From positions 1 to 54,950 of the forward strand of contig CAZIOW010000004.1 in assembly GCA_964541025.1 (NCBI GenBank): a stretch of DNA of 54,950 nucleotides, given 5' to 3'. This document shows, one piece after another, positions 29,191 to 38,500 of the stretch; the stretch's first letter is position 1, and each line of letters opens with the position of its first letter. Source of the DNA: an uncultured Thermoplasmatales archaeon. GTDB lineage: Archaea > Thermoplasmatota > Thermoplasmata > Thermoplasmatales > GCA-001856825. The notes under the pieces are model-generated. The model saw nothing but the letters and a program-made list of their open reading frames with translations. It had not been told where the DNA came from and ran no database searches. Made by a program: the position numbers and the translations under genes.

Positions 29191-30220
29191 TCTTTTCCAC
29201 CACTTCTGCTAGCTTTTCTATTTCATTGAGAGGTTCTATCACTGGAATACCAAATTTAATCTCATATTCTTTCTTGATCTTGTCTATTTCCTCTCTGGTC
29301 ATTTTTTCTGTGTTCAGAGTTATTGCTATAACTTCTTTTCCTGAAAGTAGTTCCAGAATATTGATCACTCTGCCTACGTCAGGCATCGGATAATTCTCAA
29401 AACCGTCGAGATATTTTCTTCCTGGGGCATCCTGAAGTACTATAGCGTCTGGTCTTCCAGCCGCTATGATCTCGAAACTGCCAGGGTATGCTGGATGAAC
29501 AACAGACCCCTGACCTTCAAGGATAATAAAATCTGGTCTTTTTTCTTCCCAAGCCCTTACGACCTCGTGTTCAATTGCTCCTGCCACAAAATCGTTGATT
29601 GTAGCATCAATGACCGTTCCGTACTCAACTCCCTGCATCCATGCCGTCTGACCAGTCCCAATCATTTCTGCTTTTTTGCCTCTTTTCTGAAGCTCTTTCC
29701 AGAGAAGAATCGTGGTTGTTCTCTTTCCAATTGCACTGTCTGTTCCAAGAATTGCAATTTTCCTAGCCTTAACTTCTTCTATCTTACCTGTGAATGGAAA
29801 CTTTCTATCTCTGAAAATTTTCCTGACGTCTATTAGTTCTACTTTCTTCTCCCTTGCCATTTTTGAAATTTCAGGATCATCGGACAAAAATTCGTGAAGG
29901 CCGTTAACAACACCCATACCTTTGTTTATTGCATCCTTTATGATATCTCTGTATTCTTTTGGCAGGTAACCTCCATCTGTCGCAGCCCCTATTACGATAT
30001 ATTTTGGGTAATACACCATTGCCTCCTCTAGTTTTGCAACTATTGGGATATTCTTTTTTCTCCCTTCTAGAAATTCACCGGCATCCCTTCCCGCAAGTTT
30101 CGAATCGATAACAGCAACTACCTGGTACCTACCAGAATACCTTACAAGACCGTGAGCTGTTTTACCATAAGTGCTATCAAAGACACCTTCTGCAAGTACA
30201 ACAACTTTATCCATCATCAA
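29183..30220 (-). CDS. DUF1611 / DgcN-like protein
   Basis: GKTAHGLVRY, VVNGLHEFL, GTDSAIGKRTT, TGQT, IDA...DFVAGA.E, EGQGS..HPAY. Confidence 0.88.
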   Translation of the reverse strand: MMMDKVVVLAEGVFDSTYGKTAHGLVRYSGRYQVVAVIDSKLAGRDAGEFLEGRKKNIPIVAKLEEAMVYYPKYIVIGAATDGGYLPKEYRDIIKDAINKGMGVVNGLHEFLSDDPEISKMAREKKVELIDVRKIFRDRKFPFTGKIEEVKARKIAILGTDSAIGKRTTTILLWKELQKRGKKAEMIGTGQTAWMQGVEYGTVIDATINDFVAGAIEHEVVRAWEEKRPDFIILEGQGSVVHPAYPGSFEIIAAGRPDAIVLQDAPGRKYLDGFENYPMPDVGRVINILELLSGKEVIAITLNTEKMTREEIDKIKKEYEIKFGIPVIEPLNEIEKLAEVVEKIE

Positions 30221-31158
30221 GCCCTGCCGGTTATTATTGCTACATATAAATTTTCCTCAGGGAATTTTGTGGTATTCTTTATTGCCTCAAGGGGAGCCGT
30301 GCTTGCTGGAAGCACGTTAAGTCCTATCTCCTTCTTTATTAAACGCTTATAGTACATCATTTTGTTATCAGAGATATATTCCGCAAAGCCATTTGAGTTC
30401 CTTATCGCTTTTAGTCCAAGCTCTCCATCGTATGCATGCGATGCAATTAGCGGCTCGTTTATCGATGATTCAACAAGAGTGTCAGGTCTTAGATCCACCA
30501 ACTGAGTCTTATCCTTGAAAGCTTTTACTATTGGATTTCCGCCTGTAGTACTAGCACCCAGCATCCTCGGAATCTTATCAATGAAACCCGCCTTCTTTAG
30601 GTTTATAAAACCTATGTAAATGCCTGCTAGCGTTGTTCCATTTCCCACTGGAACTGCAACAGCATCTGGAGCACGTCCAAATTGTTGAAACAGTTCATAT
30701 GAAATCCTTGAGTATGCCTCATAGCTCAGGTCTGTTGTAGCATTTCCTGGGTTTGCGTCATACCAATTGTTGTCATTTGCTATATCTCTGCTCATTTCAA
30801 CAGCATCTTCGTATGCTCCTGGAACCTCATTCACTATTGCACCATTATGCCTCATGACTTCTACTTTTGGAGTATGGTATCTCTCAGGTACGAATACTTC
30901 CGCCTTCATACCAAAGAGCTTTGAATAATAGGACATAGCAATTCCATAATTTCCACAGGTGCCTATGGAAATCGTGTCGTATCCTTTATCTATAGCATAC
31001 TTCACATGCCTTAAAGCGGCCCGATCCTTATGCGTTCCTGACGGATTAACACCTTCAAATTTCAGAAATATTTTCTTGAAGGAGAAGAGCTGCTCTAAAT
31101 ATTTGGCACGGAAAACAGGCGTGCCACCTGGATCAGAATCTTCGCTTGCTTCTTCCAT
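30217..31158 (-). CDS. PLP-dependent fold-type II enzyme, threonine-synthase-like (short form)
   Basis: KFEGVNPSGTHKDR, TCGNYG, VPVGNGT, ITG; AGGAGG ribosome-binding site upstream. Confidence 0.85.
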   Translation of the reverse strand: MEEASEDSDPGGTPVFRAKYLEQLFSFKKIFLKFEGVNPSGTHKDRAALRHVKYAIDKGYDTISIGTCGNYGIAMSYYSKLFGMKAEVFVPERYHTPKVEVMRHNGAIVNEVPGAYEDAVEMSRDIANDNNWYDANPGNATTDLSYEAYSRISYELFQQFGRAPDAVAVPVGNGTTLAGIYIGFINLKKAGFIDKIPRMLGASTTGGNPIVKAFKDKTQLVDLRPDTLVESSINEPLIASHAYDGELGLKAIRNSNGFAEYISDNKMMYYKRLIKKEIGLNVLPASTAPLEAIKNTTKFPEENLYVAIITGRA

Positions 31159-31294
31159 CAAATTTACCTATTCCTCCTTAGAGGTCAAGGGTATGAGTTA
31201 ATTATTCTATAAAAATATTTTGAATGTAGAATTTTCAAGATCTCGGAATTTCCAATAGAAAATGATGTTGTTCAATTGAATTGGAAAAAGATAT

Positions 31295-31765
31295 GTGTTA
31301 CAACAAAATAATGTTACAATGTTTGAAATTCTTGTTAGACTGAAGAATTCGCCGTCTGGTCAGGATCTTGACCTCACTCTCTTTGAGTTTCTATCTGATA
31401 TTGGGTACATAGAAGAGAGAGGAAGTAACCTTTATCCTGGTATTAAGCAGAGTATACCTTTCAGGCTTTTCAAGGAATGCTTTTTGGAGAGATCAGATAA
31501 GGTATGGCCTGTCAATGAATTGCTTGTCTATCTCAATACATCTAAACCCACTTTGTACAGATACCTGAACCGTTTAAAGTCCCTTGATATAATTCAGGAA
31601 GTTCAGTTGGGTAAAGAAAAAGGTTATGTTTTAAGATACAATTCACTATCCCTTGCCTGGAATTTCGTGGAATCAAATGTAAAGATTGCCATGGATAATT
31701 ACAGGAGGACTATTGAAAATATTCAGAAAATGGTTGGTGAAAAAAATGATCACTCAGTTGACTAA
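31295..31765 (+). CDS. Winged-helix HTH transcriptional regulator (likely start ATG 31319)
   Basis: VNELLVYLNTSKPTLYRYLNRLKSLDII helix-turn-helix. Confidence 0.75.
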   Translation: MLQQNNVTMFEILVRLKNSPSGQDLDLTLFEFLSDIGYIEERGSNLYPGIKQSIPFRLFKECFLERSDKVWPVNELLVYLNTSKPTLYRYLNRLKSLDIIQEVQLGKEKGYVLRYNSLSLAWNFVESNVKIAMDNYRRTIENIQKMVGEKNDHSVD

Positions 31766-32003
31766 AGGTTCCAGATACAAGATAATTTCAGCAAGTTCTA
31801 CAGATGAGAATTTTACCACAGAGGGTATTTTGGAAGGTTTTATAACAATGGGGGAAGAACCAGCACTTCTCATAAATGTGGATAATGATGAAAAAAAGAA
31901 ATTGCGAATAATTCCAGTCAATGCAATCCTGATGATAGATATTATTGAACATAACGAGGAAAAACAGAAAGAAGATAAAGGTGATACAAGCTACATAAGC
32001 TGA
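31746..32003 (+). CDS. Small hypothetical beta-rich protein (ORF track starts at 31686)
   Basis: MITQLTKGS...LRIIPVNAILMIDII, preceded by GGTGA; overlaps the regulator stop. Confidence 0.65.
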   Translation: MITQLTKGSRYKIISASSTDENFTTEGILEGFITMGEEPALLINVDNDEKKKLRIIPVNAILMIDIIEHNEEKQKEDKGDTSYIS

Positions 32004-32500
32004 AATTTATTCAACTCTTCATATATTGGCCCTCTTGGAGTAAGAGTGGATTTAAAAAGAGAGAAATGATCTACTTTCTGTATCAAAAAGTTTTTGTTTT
32101 TGTTTTCCCCAATGATTTGTGTTAAATCTGCATAATTTTTTATTCTCACAACGGTAATATGAGGAGAGAATGGATGATCCATTGGTATATATTGTGTGAC
32201 TCTATCAATTTCATTCGCTAGGCTGACAAGTATATTCTCTGGATATGCTTTTAAAAATAATATTCGTCCCCTTCGTTCATTAGGGAATGCTCCCATACCT
32301 TTGAGCTCTAGATCAAAAATTTTGAACCTTATTGTTTCAAGGGAGTTTATTATTTGCTGGTGATCTGAAACTTCACCCATAAATTTGAGTGTCAGATGTA
32401 TGTTTTCTGCCTCCACAGTTTTTCCAAATTTTTTCAGTAGTGATAATATCTCTAAGATATTATTATTTGGAGAAATTTTTATTGCAATAAATAGACGCAT
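31991..32500 (-). CDS. thpR: RNA 2',3'-cyclic phosphodiesterase (2H family)
   Basis: MRLFIAI start; HLTLKF and PHITV 2H motifs; STLTPRGPIY. Confidence 0.9.
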   Translation of the reverse strand: MRLFIAIKISPNNNILEILSLLKKFGKTVEAENIHLTLKFMGEVSDHQQIINSLETIRFKIFDLELKGMGAFPNERRGRILFLKAYPENILVSLANEIDRVTQYIPMDHPFSPHITVVRIKNYADLTQIIGENKNKNFLIQKVDHFSLFKSTLTPRGPIYEELNKFQLM

Positions 32501-32539
32501 AGTATATAATAAAAAGCATAGCAAAATTTTTTTTGCTCA

Positions 32540-32932
32540 ATGTTATTCCCAATTATGATCGTGAAAGATGGTCTCTTCTACACAAAAACTCACGAATGGG
32601 TTAAGCTAGAAGGGGACGTAGCTACCATAGGAATCACTGATTTTGCACAGAACCAGCTAACGGATATTGTTTATGTGGACCTTCCTAAGGTTGGAACGAT
32701 GCTGAAGGCAGGAGATGTCGCTGGTACAGTTGAAAGTGTCAAGTCTGCTGAGGATTTCTATTCGCCATTAACTGGCAAAGTTACGGAAATAAATAAGACA
32801 TTGGAAAAAACCCCGGAAGCTATAAACAAGGATGCTTACTCTGCATGGCTGTATAAAATGAAAATCAGTAATCCCTCTGAAGTCAATTCAATGATGAAGA
32901 AGGAGGATTACGAGAAATTTATTAAAAAATGA
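32540..32932 (+). CDS. gcvH: Glycine cleavage system H protein (lipoyl carrier)
   Basis: HEWV, GITDFAQ, VESVKSA lipoyl-lysine motif. Confidence 0.93.
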   Translation: MLFPIMIVKDGLFYTKTHEWVKLEGDVATIGITDFAQNQLTDIVYVDLPKVGTMLKAGDVAGTVESVKSAEDFYSPLTGKVTEINKTLEKTPEAINKDAYSAWLYKMKISNPSEVNSMMKKEDYEKFIKK

Positions 32933-32937
32933 ATTAG

Positions 32938-33534
32938 ATGTCCTGGATCCAGAAAAGAAGATCTGACTCTTACTATCAGAAGGCAAAGAAGGAAGGATTT
33001 AGAAGCAGAGCTTCATATAAGCTGATTCAGATTAATCAGAAATTTAACATAATAAGGAATGGGAGGAAGATACTGGATCTGGGGGCTTCTCCAGGAGGGT
33101 GGAGCCAGGTAGTGGCTTCCTTGAATCAGGATGGCCTGAATGTTGCTGTTGACATTATTCCGATGTCCCCGATTCCAGGTGTTATTTTTTTAAAGTCTGA
33201 TATATTTTCACCAGATATAGGAGGGAAACTTCTAGGTAAATCAGAATTTGGATACGATCTAATACTGTCAGATATACTTATGCACACATCTGGGGACAGG
33301 TCTATTGACCACGCAAATTCCTATTTCATATTGAAAAGAATTTTAGAGATCAGCATGATGGTCTTAAATGAAAATGGCAAGGTACTTGCGAAAATGTTGC
33401 AGGGTGATCTTACAGAGAATGTGAAAAAGGAATATTCAGAACATTTCAGGAGAGTAAGGATAACCAAGCCACCTTCTTCTTTGGCTAGTTCGTCGGAAAT
33501 TTATATTCTGGCAGAAGGCTTTTCAAAGAAGTGA
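32938..33534 (+). CDS. rlmE: 23S rRNA 2'-O-methyltransferase RlmE/FtsJ
   Basis: GFRSRASYKL, DLGASPGGWSQ, LSD, KP..S...SSEIY. Confidence 0.92.
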   Translation: MSWIQKRRSDSYYQKAKKEGFRSRASYKLIQINQKFNIIRNGRKILDLGASPGGWSQVVASLNQDGLNVAVDIIPMSPIPGVIFLKSDIFSPDIGGKLLGKSEFGYDLILSDILMHTSGDRSIDHANSYFILKRILEISMMVLNENGKVLAKMLQGDLTENVKKEYSEHFRRVRITKPPSSLASSSEIYILAEGFSKK

Positions 33535-34120
33535 CGACCCCATTCAATCTTTCAACATCTATAATCACTATGCTATCCAGATTAAGATTTTTTACAATTG
33601 CATCTGCCATATATTTCTCCCTCTCTCTTTCCATTTTGAGGTAACCTCTCCTATTAACATATCTGTCCCATTCCTTGCTAAAAGTTTCAGGGTCTGAAAG
33701 ATTCCATCTCCTCTTAATCAGTCTCTTCTTTTTGAGGCTCAGAGATATTATATCAAAAATGCTCACATTTTCAACAAAAAGATCTTCGTACTGTCCTGAT
33801 GGTATATCAATGCCTTTAACGGTTAAATTGTTTCTATCTGCATATTCAATAGATCTTATAAATGCCTCTGGAGGGATTGATGTCTTGCCGAAGTTTCTCA
33901 TATGATATTCATAAATAATTTCTATGTCATCCATTTCGATTTCGTAAGGATGTTTCAAAAAGTCTCTGAGGCCTTCTACTTCTTCCTCTGTTATAGAAAT
34001 TAAAATTTGTTTGAAATTACCATTCTTGATCTCTTCTTCTACCAAATCACCGTAGTCTTTCAATCCTTTTACTATTCCTACTAATTCTAGGGTGAAAATC
34101 CCTTCAATCTTAAGCTTCAA
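33485..34120 (-). CDS. Hypothetical protein
   Basis: 211-aa ORF overlapping the upstream regulator by 4 nt. Confidence 0.7.
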   Translation of the reverse strand: MKLKIEGIFTLELVGIVKGLKDYGDLVEEEIKNGNFKQILISITEEEVEGLRDFLKHPYEIEMDDIEIIYEYHMRNFGKTSIPPEAFIRSIEYADRNNLTVKGIDIPSGQYEDLFVENVSIFDIISLSLKKKRLIKRRWNLSDPETFSKEWDRYVNRRGYLKMEREREKYMADAIVKNLNLDSIVIIDVERLNGVVTSLKSLLPEYKFPTN

Positions 34121-35061
34121 ATAATTCGTCTCTCCCTGATTTCTTCTTTCATTTCCTCTTTGTCCTGAAATTCTTCAAGTTCTGAATAATATATTATGGG
34201 TATATCTCTCTGTATTATCTTATTTTTTGAACTTTTGACTATAATGAAACTTTCCCTCTCCATCATCTCAGATAATTCTCTCATATATTCCATTCTTCTG
34301 TTGATTCTAATTGCTTCTTCTTCAATTCCTCCTAGAAATACTGAATTGCTGTCTTCCATCAGGAAATTCATTATAGATTTTTTGAATGGGTAGATTGAGA
34401 AACCCTTCCTCTGTATCTCAAAGTTTACCAATCTTTCAAATTCCCTCATTTTCTTAAATGCTGGTGCTATATTTTCTTCTTCCAGTTTCCAAAGGAATGA
34501 TACCCTGCCCATAATTTCTTCTCCGAGAAATTCCTCCATTTTCAAGGCTGTATCAACTGATGCTGACATGCCAGCTTCGTACATTAAAATGGCCCTTCTT
34601 GAAGTCCCAACAGCATTTGCTATATCACCAAGCGATAACATTTTCTCTTCTCTTATTTTCTTCAATTTTTCTGAGTCCAGATTTACATAGAAGCCTCCTG
34701 GTCCTGCTCTCACAAGAGGTTCCTCTTCATTCTCCAAATAGGATATAAATGTGTTAGGTGATACTACAGGCAGTGAATACCTTGTATAGACAACACCATC
34801 CTCTACCTTCTCATTTCTATTGAAAAGACTGATTACTAATGGATATGCATTGGTATATTTTGCAAGTGCTATCAATGCGTTGGAAACTTCTTCAGTAAGA
34901 AGCCCCACATTTGGGATTATCTTTATTAAAAGTATCTTTTCCTTCATTCTCAAAACCAAATCAAATGAATAAGAAAGTTCTGGATCTGTGCATAGAAACC
35001 TGTAGCCCTGTTTGTCTACGGATTTCTTTATAAAATTAAGAATTAAGATTCTCTGATCCAC
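34117..35061 (-). CDS. Conserved archaeal HTH transcriptional regulator (COG1395-like)
   Basis: SFDLV, EDGVVY.RY, GPGGFYV, SLGDIA..VGTSRRAI.MYE.G. Confidence 0.85.
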   Translation of the reverse strand: MDQRILILNFIKKSVDKQGYRFLCTDPELSYSFDLVLRMKEKILLIKIIPNVGLLTEEVSNALIALAKYTNAYPLVISLFNRNEKVEDGVVYTRYSLPVVSPNTFISYLENEEEPLVRAGPGGFYVNLDSEKLKKIREEKMLSLGDIANAVGTSRRAILMYEAGMSASVDTALKMEEFLGEEIMGRVSFLWKLEEENIAPAFKKMREFERLVNFEIQRKGFSIYPFKKSIMNFLMEDSNSVFLGGIEEEAIRINRRMEYMRELSEMMERESFIIVKSSKNKIIQRDIPIIYYSELEEFQDKEEMKEEIRERRII

Positions 35062-35084
35062 ACAGTATAAGAAAAAATAAATAT

Positions 35085-35603
35085 TTAAATACTATCTTTT
35101 TTTATCTCTTTTATATTTACTAGGCTTAATAATTCTATTCCCTCCTGCTCAAGGTTTTCTTTAGCACCTTCTTGTCTGTCAACAACCACAACAACCTTAT
35201 CAGTCCTGACAGCCTTTTCCTTAAGTCTTGTGACAGCCTTTAAAATTGTTGAGCCAGTTGTTGTTACGTCCTCAACGAAGGTTATCACTTCTCCATAAAC
35301 CAATTCTCCTTCCACCATCTTTTCTAGTCCGTATTCTTTTTTTTCCTTTCTAACTATTATAAGATTCTTGCCTGTTTCCATTGAAACCGCAACACCGAAT
35401 GGAACAGCCCCAAGTTCAACTGCTGCTACTTTATCCCCCGTGATGTATCGTGCAGCCTTCTTAGATACCATTTTTAAAAAATTTGGATTAAGTAAAGCAG
35501 ATTTAACGTCTACATAGAAATCTGAAGTGGCGCCGGAAGAAAGAGTGAATTTTCCAAATTTAATATTACCATTCTTGACCAAAAAATCGGCTATTTCATC
35601 CAT
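35085..35603 (-). CDS. pyrE: Orotate phosphoribosyltransferase
   Basis: FGKFTLSSG..S.FYVD, RKEKKEYG, VEDVTTTG, VVDRQEG. Confidence 0.95.
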   Translation of the reverse strand: MDEIADFLVKNGNIKFGKFTLSSGATSDFYVDVKSALLNPNFLKMVSKKAARYITGDKVAAVELGAVPFGVAVSMETGKNLIIVRKEKKEYGLEKMVEGELVYGEVITFVEDVTTTGSTILKAVTRLKEKAVRTDKVVVVVDRQEGAKENLEQEGIELLSLVNIKEIKKDSI

Positions 35604-35685
35604 ATGGGGATATCCAGAATCCCTATTTTTTTCTTGCCATGAAATTATAGGAAATATTTTTAATGATGTATCATTTTCCCTATTA

Positions 35686-35758
35686 GCCGCCGTAGCTTAG
35701 TCGGTAGAGCACCCGGCTGTTAACCGGGAGGTCACCGGTTCGAGCCCGGTCGGCGGCG
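35686..35758 (+). tRNA. tRNA-Asn (GTT)
   Basis: GCCGCCG acceptor stem, CCCGG-CT-GTT-AA-CCGGG, GGTTCGAGCCC. Confidence 0.95.
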
Positions 35759-35780
35759 TAGGGTTCATAGCAGTTTCGCC

Positions 35781-36209
35781 TCAGCTAGAAAAAAAATCTA
35801 GCTGTTTCTCACTAAACAAGTCCAGTGCGTCTTTCTGGTCGATCTGCATGTACCTCTTTGTTGTGTCGAGTTTCTCATCTCCGAATATTAGGCGGATGAC
35901 CTCCAGATCATATCCCTGCTGGTAAAGGTACCTTGCATAGAACCTCTTTGCCATGTGCGGGGAGAAGTGAACCTCTGCCTCTTTGATAACTTGGTATATG
36001 TGCATCCTCATGTCATCGTATGTTAGCGGTTCACCGCACATGTTAGTGAACAGTGCATTGACTCCGGGCTTTGATCTGCGAACCCTGGGGTACTCCGGAT
36101 ACGAAACACTCCTTATACTCTCGGGAAGGTATACGTCCCTTGTCTTCTGACCCTTCATGGATTGCCCATACATAATCATAATGTCAAATGAGTCATTGTG
36201 CCTATCCAT
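35781..36209 (-). pseudogene. Tyrosine recombinase/integrase C-terminal remnant
   Basis: KGQKTRDVYL, FSPHMAKR (HxxR degenerate), LEVIRLIFGDEKLDTTKRY (GH changed to GD); N-terminus missing; ends 22 nt from tRNA-Asn. Confidence 0.75.
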
Positions 36210-36305
36210 TATCCTGAGTTTTTACTTATGCTAATTAAAGATGAATTCCTAATATTCACATTATAAAAGGTTAAAATTTTTAATTAGAAGTATTTCAATA
36301 AAAAA

Positions 36306-36379
36306 TGGGGTCGGCCGGGTTTGAACCGACGACCACCTGGTTATGAGCCAGGCGCTCTACCAGGCTGAGCTACGACCCC
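36306..36379 (-). tRNA. tRNA with CAT anticodon, probably Ile2 rather than Met
   Basis: GGGGTCG acceptor stem, CCTGG-CT-CAT-AA-CCAGG; G1-C72 and no three G-C pairs in the anticodon stem argue against an initiator tRNA. Confidence 0.85.
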
Positions 36380-36435
36380 CTTATTCCTTATTATTTTAAG
36401 AATTAAAATCTTACCATCAGAGAAAAAGGAAAAAA

Positions 36436-37104
36436 TTAATTAGAGCCCTTAGTTTTGTTCTTGTAAGCTTCTAACACGTAGTCGACAAAGTTGTCCTCGG
36501 GATAAGCTCCTACGAACTGAACATCTCCGTTTATCACTATATGAGGTACTGAAGAAACCCCCCACTGATCTGCCCATTCCGGAAACTCTATCGCTTCTAC
36601 CATTTCCCCTGTAATATTCTCATTTGCCAGCGCAAATTTATGGGCAACGCCAACCGCTCTAGGGCAATATGGGCAAGTTGGAGTGACGAATACCTGTATC
36701 TTAATTGGTGAATCAACTTCCTTGATCTTATTCATTACTTCGCCCTCAAGTTCAGGATCGTTTCTTGAAACCCTCCTGATGTCCTCTATAAGTGAGGAAA
36801 ATTCATAGCCCATTGGTATTCCAATATATTTAATCCTTGCATCTTCATTCTTTCCGTTATGCGTTACCACTGTTGTAGGTGCCCTATCAATTCCCCAGGC
36901 CTTAGCCTTTTCAGAATCTAATGGCAGAACTTCAACCTTTATCATATCAGATATCTCTGTCAGCTCCTTTGCTATCTGTACAGTCTGCTCACAGTACTGG
37001 CAGTCATCGTTTGAAGTGAATATGTACAGCTTCACCTCATCCTTGAGATTCTTCTCAAATTCTTCCTGAAGGTATTTTCTATCCTTATCTTTTAGTAAAG
37101 GCAT
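36436..37104 (-). CDS. Protein disulfide oxidoreductase (two thioredoxin folds)
   Basis: CQYC and CPYC motifs, G.P.GYEF, SSVPHIVIN. Confidence 0.92.
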   Translation of the reverse strand: MPLLKDKDRKYLQEEFEKNLKDEVKLYIFTSNDDCQYCEQTVQIAKELTEISDMIKVEVLPLDSEKAKAWGIDRAPTTVVTHNGKNEDARIKYIGIPMGYEFSSLIEDIRRVSRNDPELEGEVMNKIKEVDSPIKIQVFVTPTCPYCPRAVGVAHKFALANENITGEMVEAIEFPEWADQWGVSSVPHIVINGDVQFVGAYPEDNFVDYVLEAYKNKTKGSN

Positions 37105-37197
37105 CTTACTTCACCTTGGAAGGTTATTAAAATAAAGTTAATTATACTATCGGTACTTTGTATATTTAAACACAATTGTAAATAACCTGAAAATACT

Positions 37198-37845
37198 ATG
37201 CATTCAATGGGAAAATTGATAATTTTTGATATGGATGGTACTCTGATTGATTCAGATAAAACCATCATGAGATGCATGGAAAATGCTTCATTTCATTTTG
37301 GCTATAGCCTTCATTCAATTAAGAATAACATAGGGATATTGAAACTTGATGATATCCTTAAAATTAATGGTGTACCTGAAAAAGATATAGGTGATATTCT
37401 GGCACTTTATAGGAAATGTTATCTGGAAACCTTTTATCTTGACACTAAGCCGATGGAAAAATCATTAGAAACCCTCGAATATTTGCAGAACAATAATAAG
37501 CTGGGAATCCTTACTCTTAAATACAAGGATCTTACTGAAAGACTGCTGGAATTCTTTTTCAGAAATGTCAAATTTGAATTTATAGTAGGAGGGGACAGCG
37601 GAATAAAGAATAAAACGGAAGGCCTTAGAAAAATAATTGATCTTTCGGGGTATAATAATTCACAGATTTTTTATGTCGGAGACAGAGGATCTGATATGAA
37701 ATCTGCCATGGAAGCAGGTATTAAAGGTATATGGGTTTCATACGGACTTGGAGCTGGTGATATTTTCCCCAGCGACTATGAATTTTACAGAGTAGATTCA
37801 TTATATAAAATAATTGAAATATTATGCGCTGACAGAGAATCCTGA
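37198..37845 (+). CDS. HAD-superfamily hydrolase
   Basis: IFDMDGTLIDS and YVGDRGSD..SA..AG. Confidence 0.88.
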   Translation: MHSMGKLIIFDMDGTLIDSDKTIMRCMENASFHFGYSLHSIKNNIGILKLDDILKINGVPEKDIGDILALYRKCYLETFYLDTKPMEKSLETLEYLQNNNKLGILTLKYKDLTERLLEFFFRNVKFEFIVGGDSGIKNKTEGLRKIIDLSGYNNSQIFYVGDRGSDMKSAMEAGIKGIWVSYGLGAGDIFPSDYEFYRVDSLYKIIEILCADRES

Positions 37846-38142
37846 TTTCTTAGCGTTCCTCTCTACCAATTTTATAATTTCGGGATTAGCCTCCTTGTTT
37901 GCGCTTATCTCTATTGTTTTCTCAGGGAATGATAGAGAGACGTAACCCACTGTTATATCTTCCGCAGTGACTGGTTCCTTTCTTGAAAATTTTGAAATGA
38001 GGTCCTCAACAGTCCATTTATCCTGTGGATCTATGTTCAAAAATTCCTCTACAGCTTCAGCAATCTTATCTTCCAGGACGCATATGGTTGATCTGTCAAG
38101 TAGTGACAGAGAGAACATGAAAATATAGCATCTCATACTCAT
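37822..38142 (-). CDS. Hypothetical protein
   Basis: Overlaps the stop of the TusA-like gene; no recognised motif. Confidence 0.6.
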   Translation of the reverse strand: MSMRCYIFMFSLSLLDRSTICVLEDKIAEAVEEFLNIDPQDKWTVEDLISKFSRKEPVTAEDITVGYVSLSFPEKTIEISANKEANPEIIKLVERNAKKSGFSVSA

Positions 38143-38396
38143 AACTTCCTGAGTCTGTATACTATATTAAAATCCTCTTTATTCTCTTCAATCTTAAATC
38201 CACTGTTATTTATAAGATCATTAAATGTTTCATCATCTATCGTCCATTTTTCCTTAGGAACTATGAGAAGTAATGTTTGGTTTTTTTTAAGCTCCCTGCC
38301 AGCAAGCCTGATTGCACCCTTTATGTATATGAAAGGTTCTCCGCAGTTGAGAGCCCTCAGATCTTCCACTCTGTCTGCTTTTTCATAAATTTCCAT
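38139..38396 (-). CDS. Possible TusA/SirA-like small protein
   Basis: DLRALNCGEP.I resembles the D.RGL.CP.P motif; size and C-terminal Y.LRK fit. Confidence 0.55.
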   Translation of the reverse strand: MEIYEKADRVEDLRALNCGEPFIYIKGAIRLAGRELKKNQTLLLIVPKEKWTIDDETFNDLINNSGFKIEENKEDFNIVYRLRKL

Positions 38397-38500
38397 GGTC
38401 TCTAATTATTTTCTGGTTGATTATATTTATCTCACTTTAATTCCTACTATTATTTTCGCTATGTCTCAGGAGCACATGGGATCAATTTTAAAGGATAAAT

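Noticed and set aside
32540-32932. Orphan gcvH without gcvP/gcvT
   Set aside because: Scattered gcv genes are common in archaea and the partners may lie outside the window.
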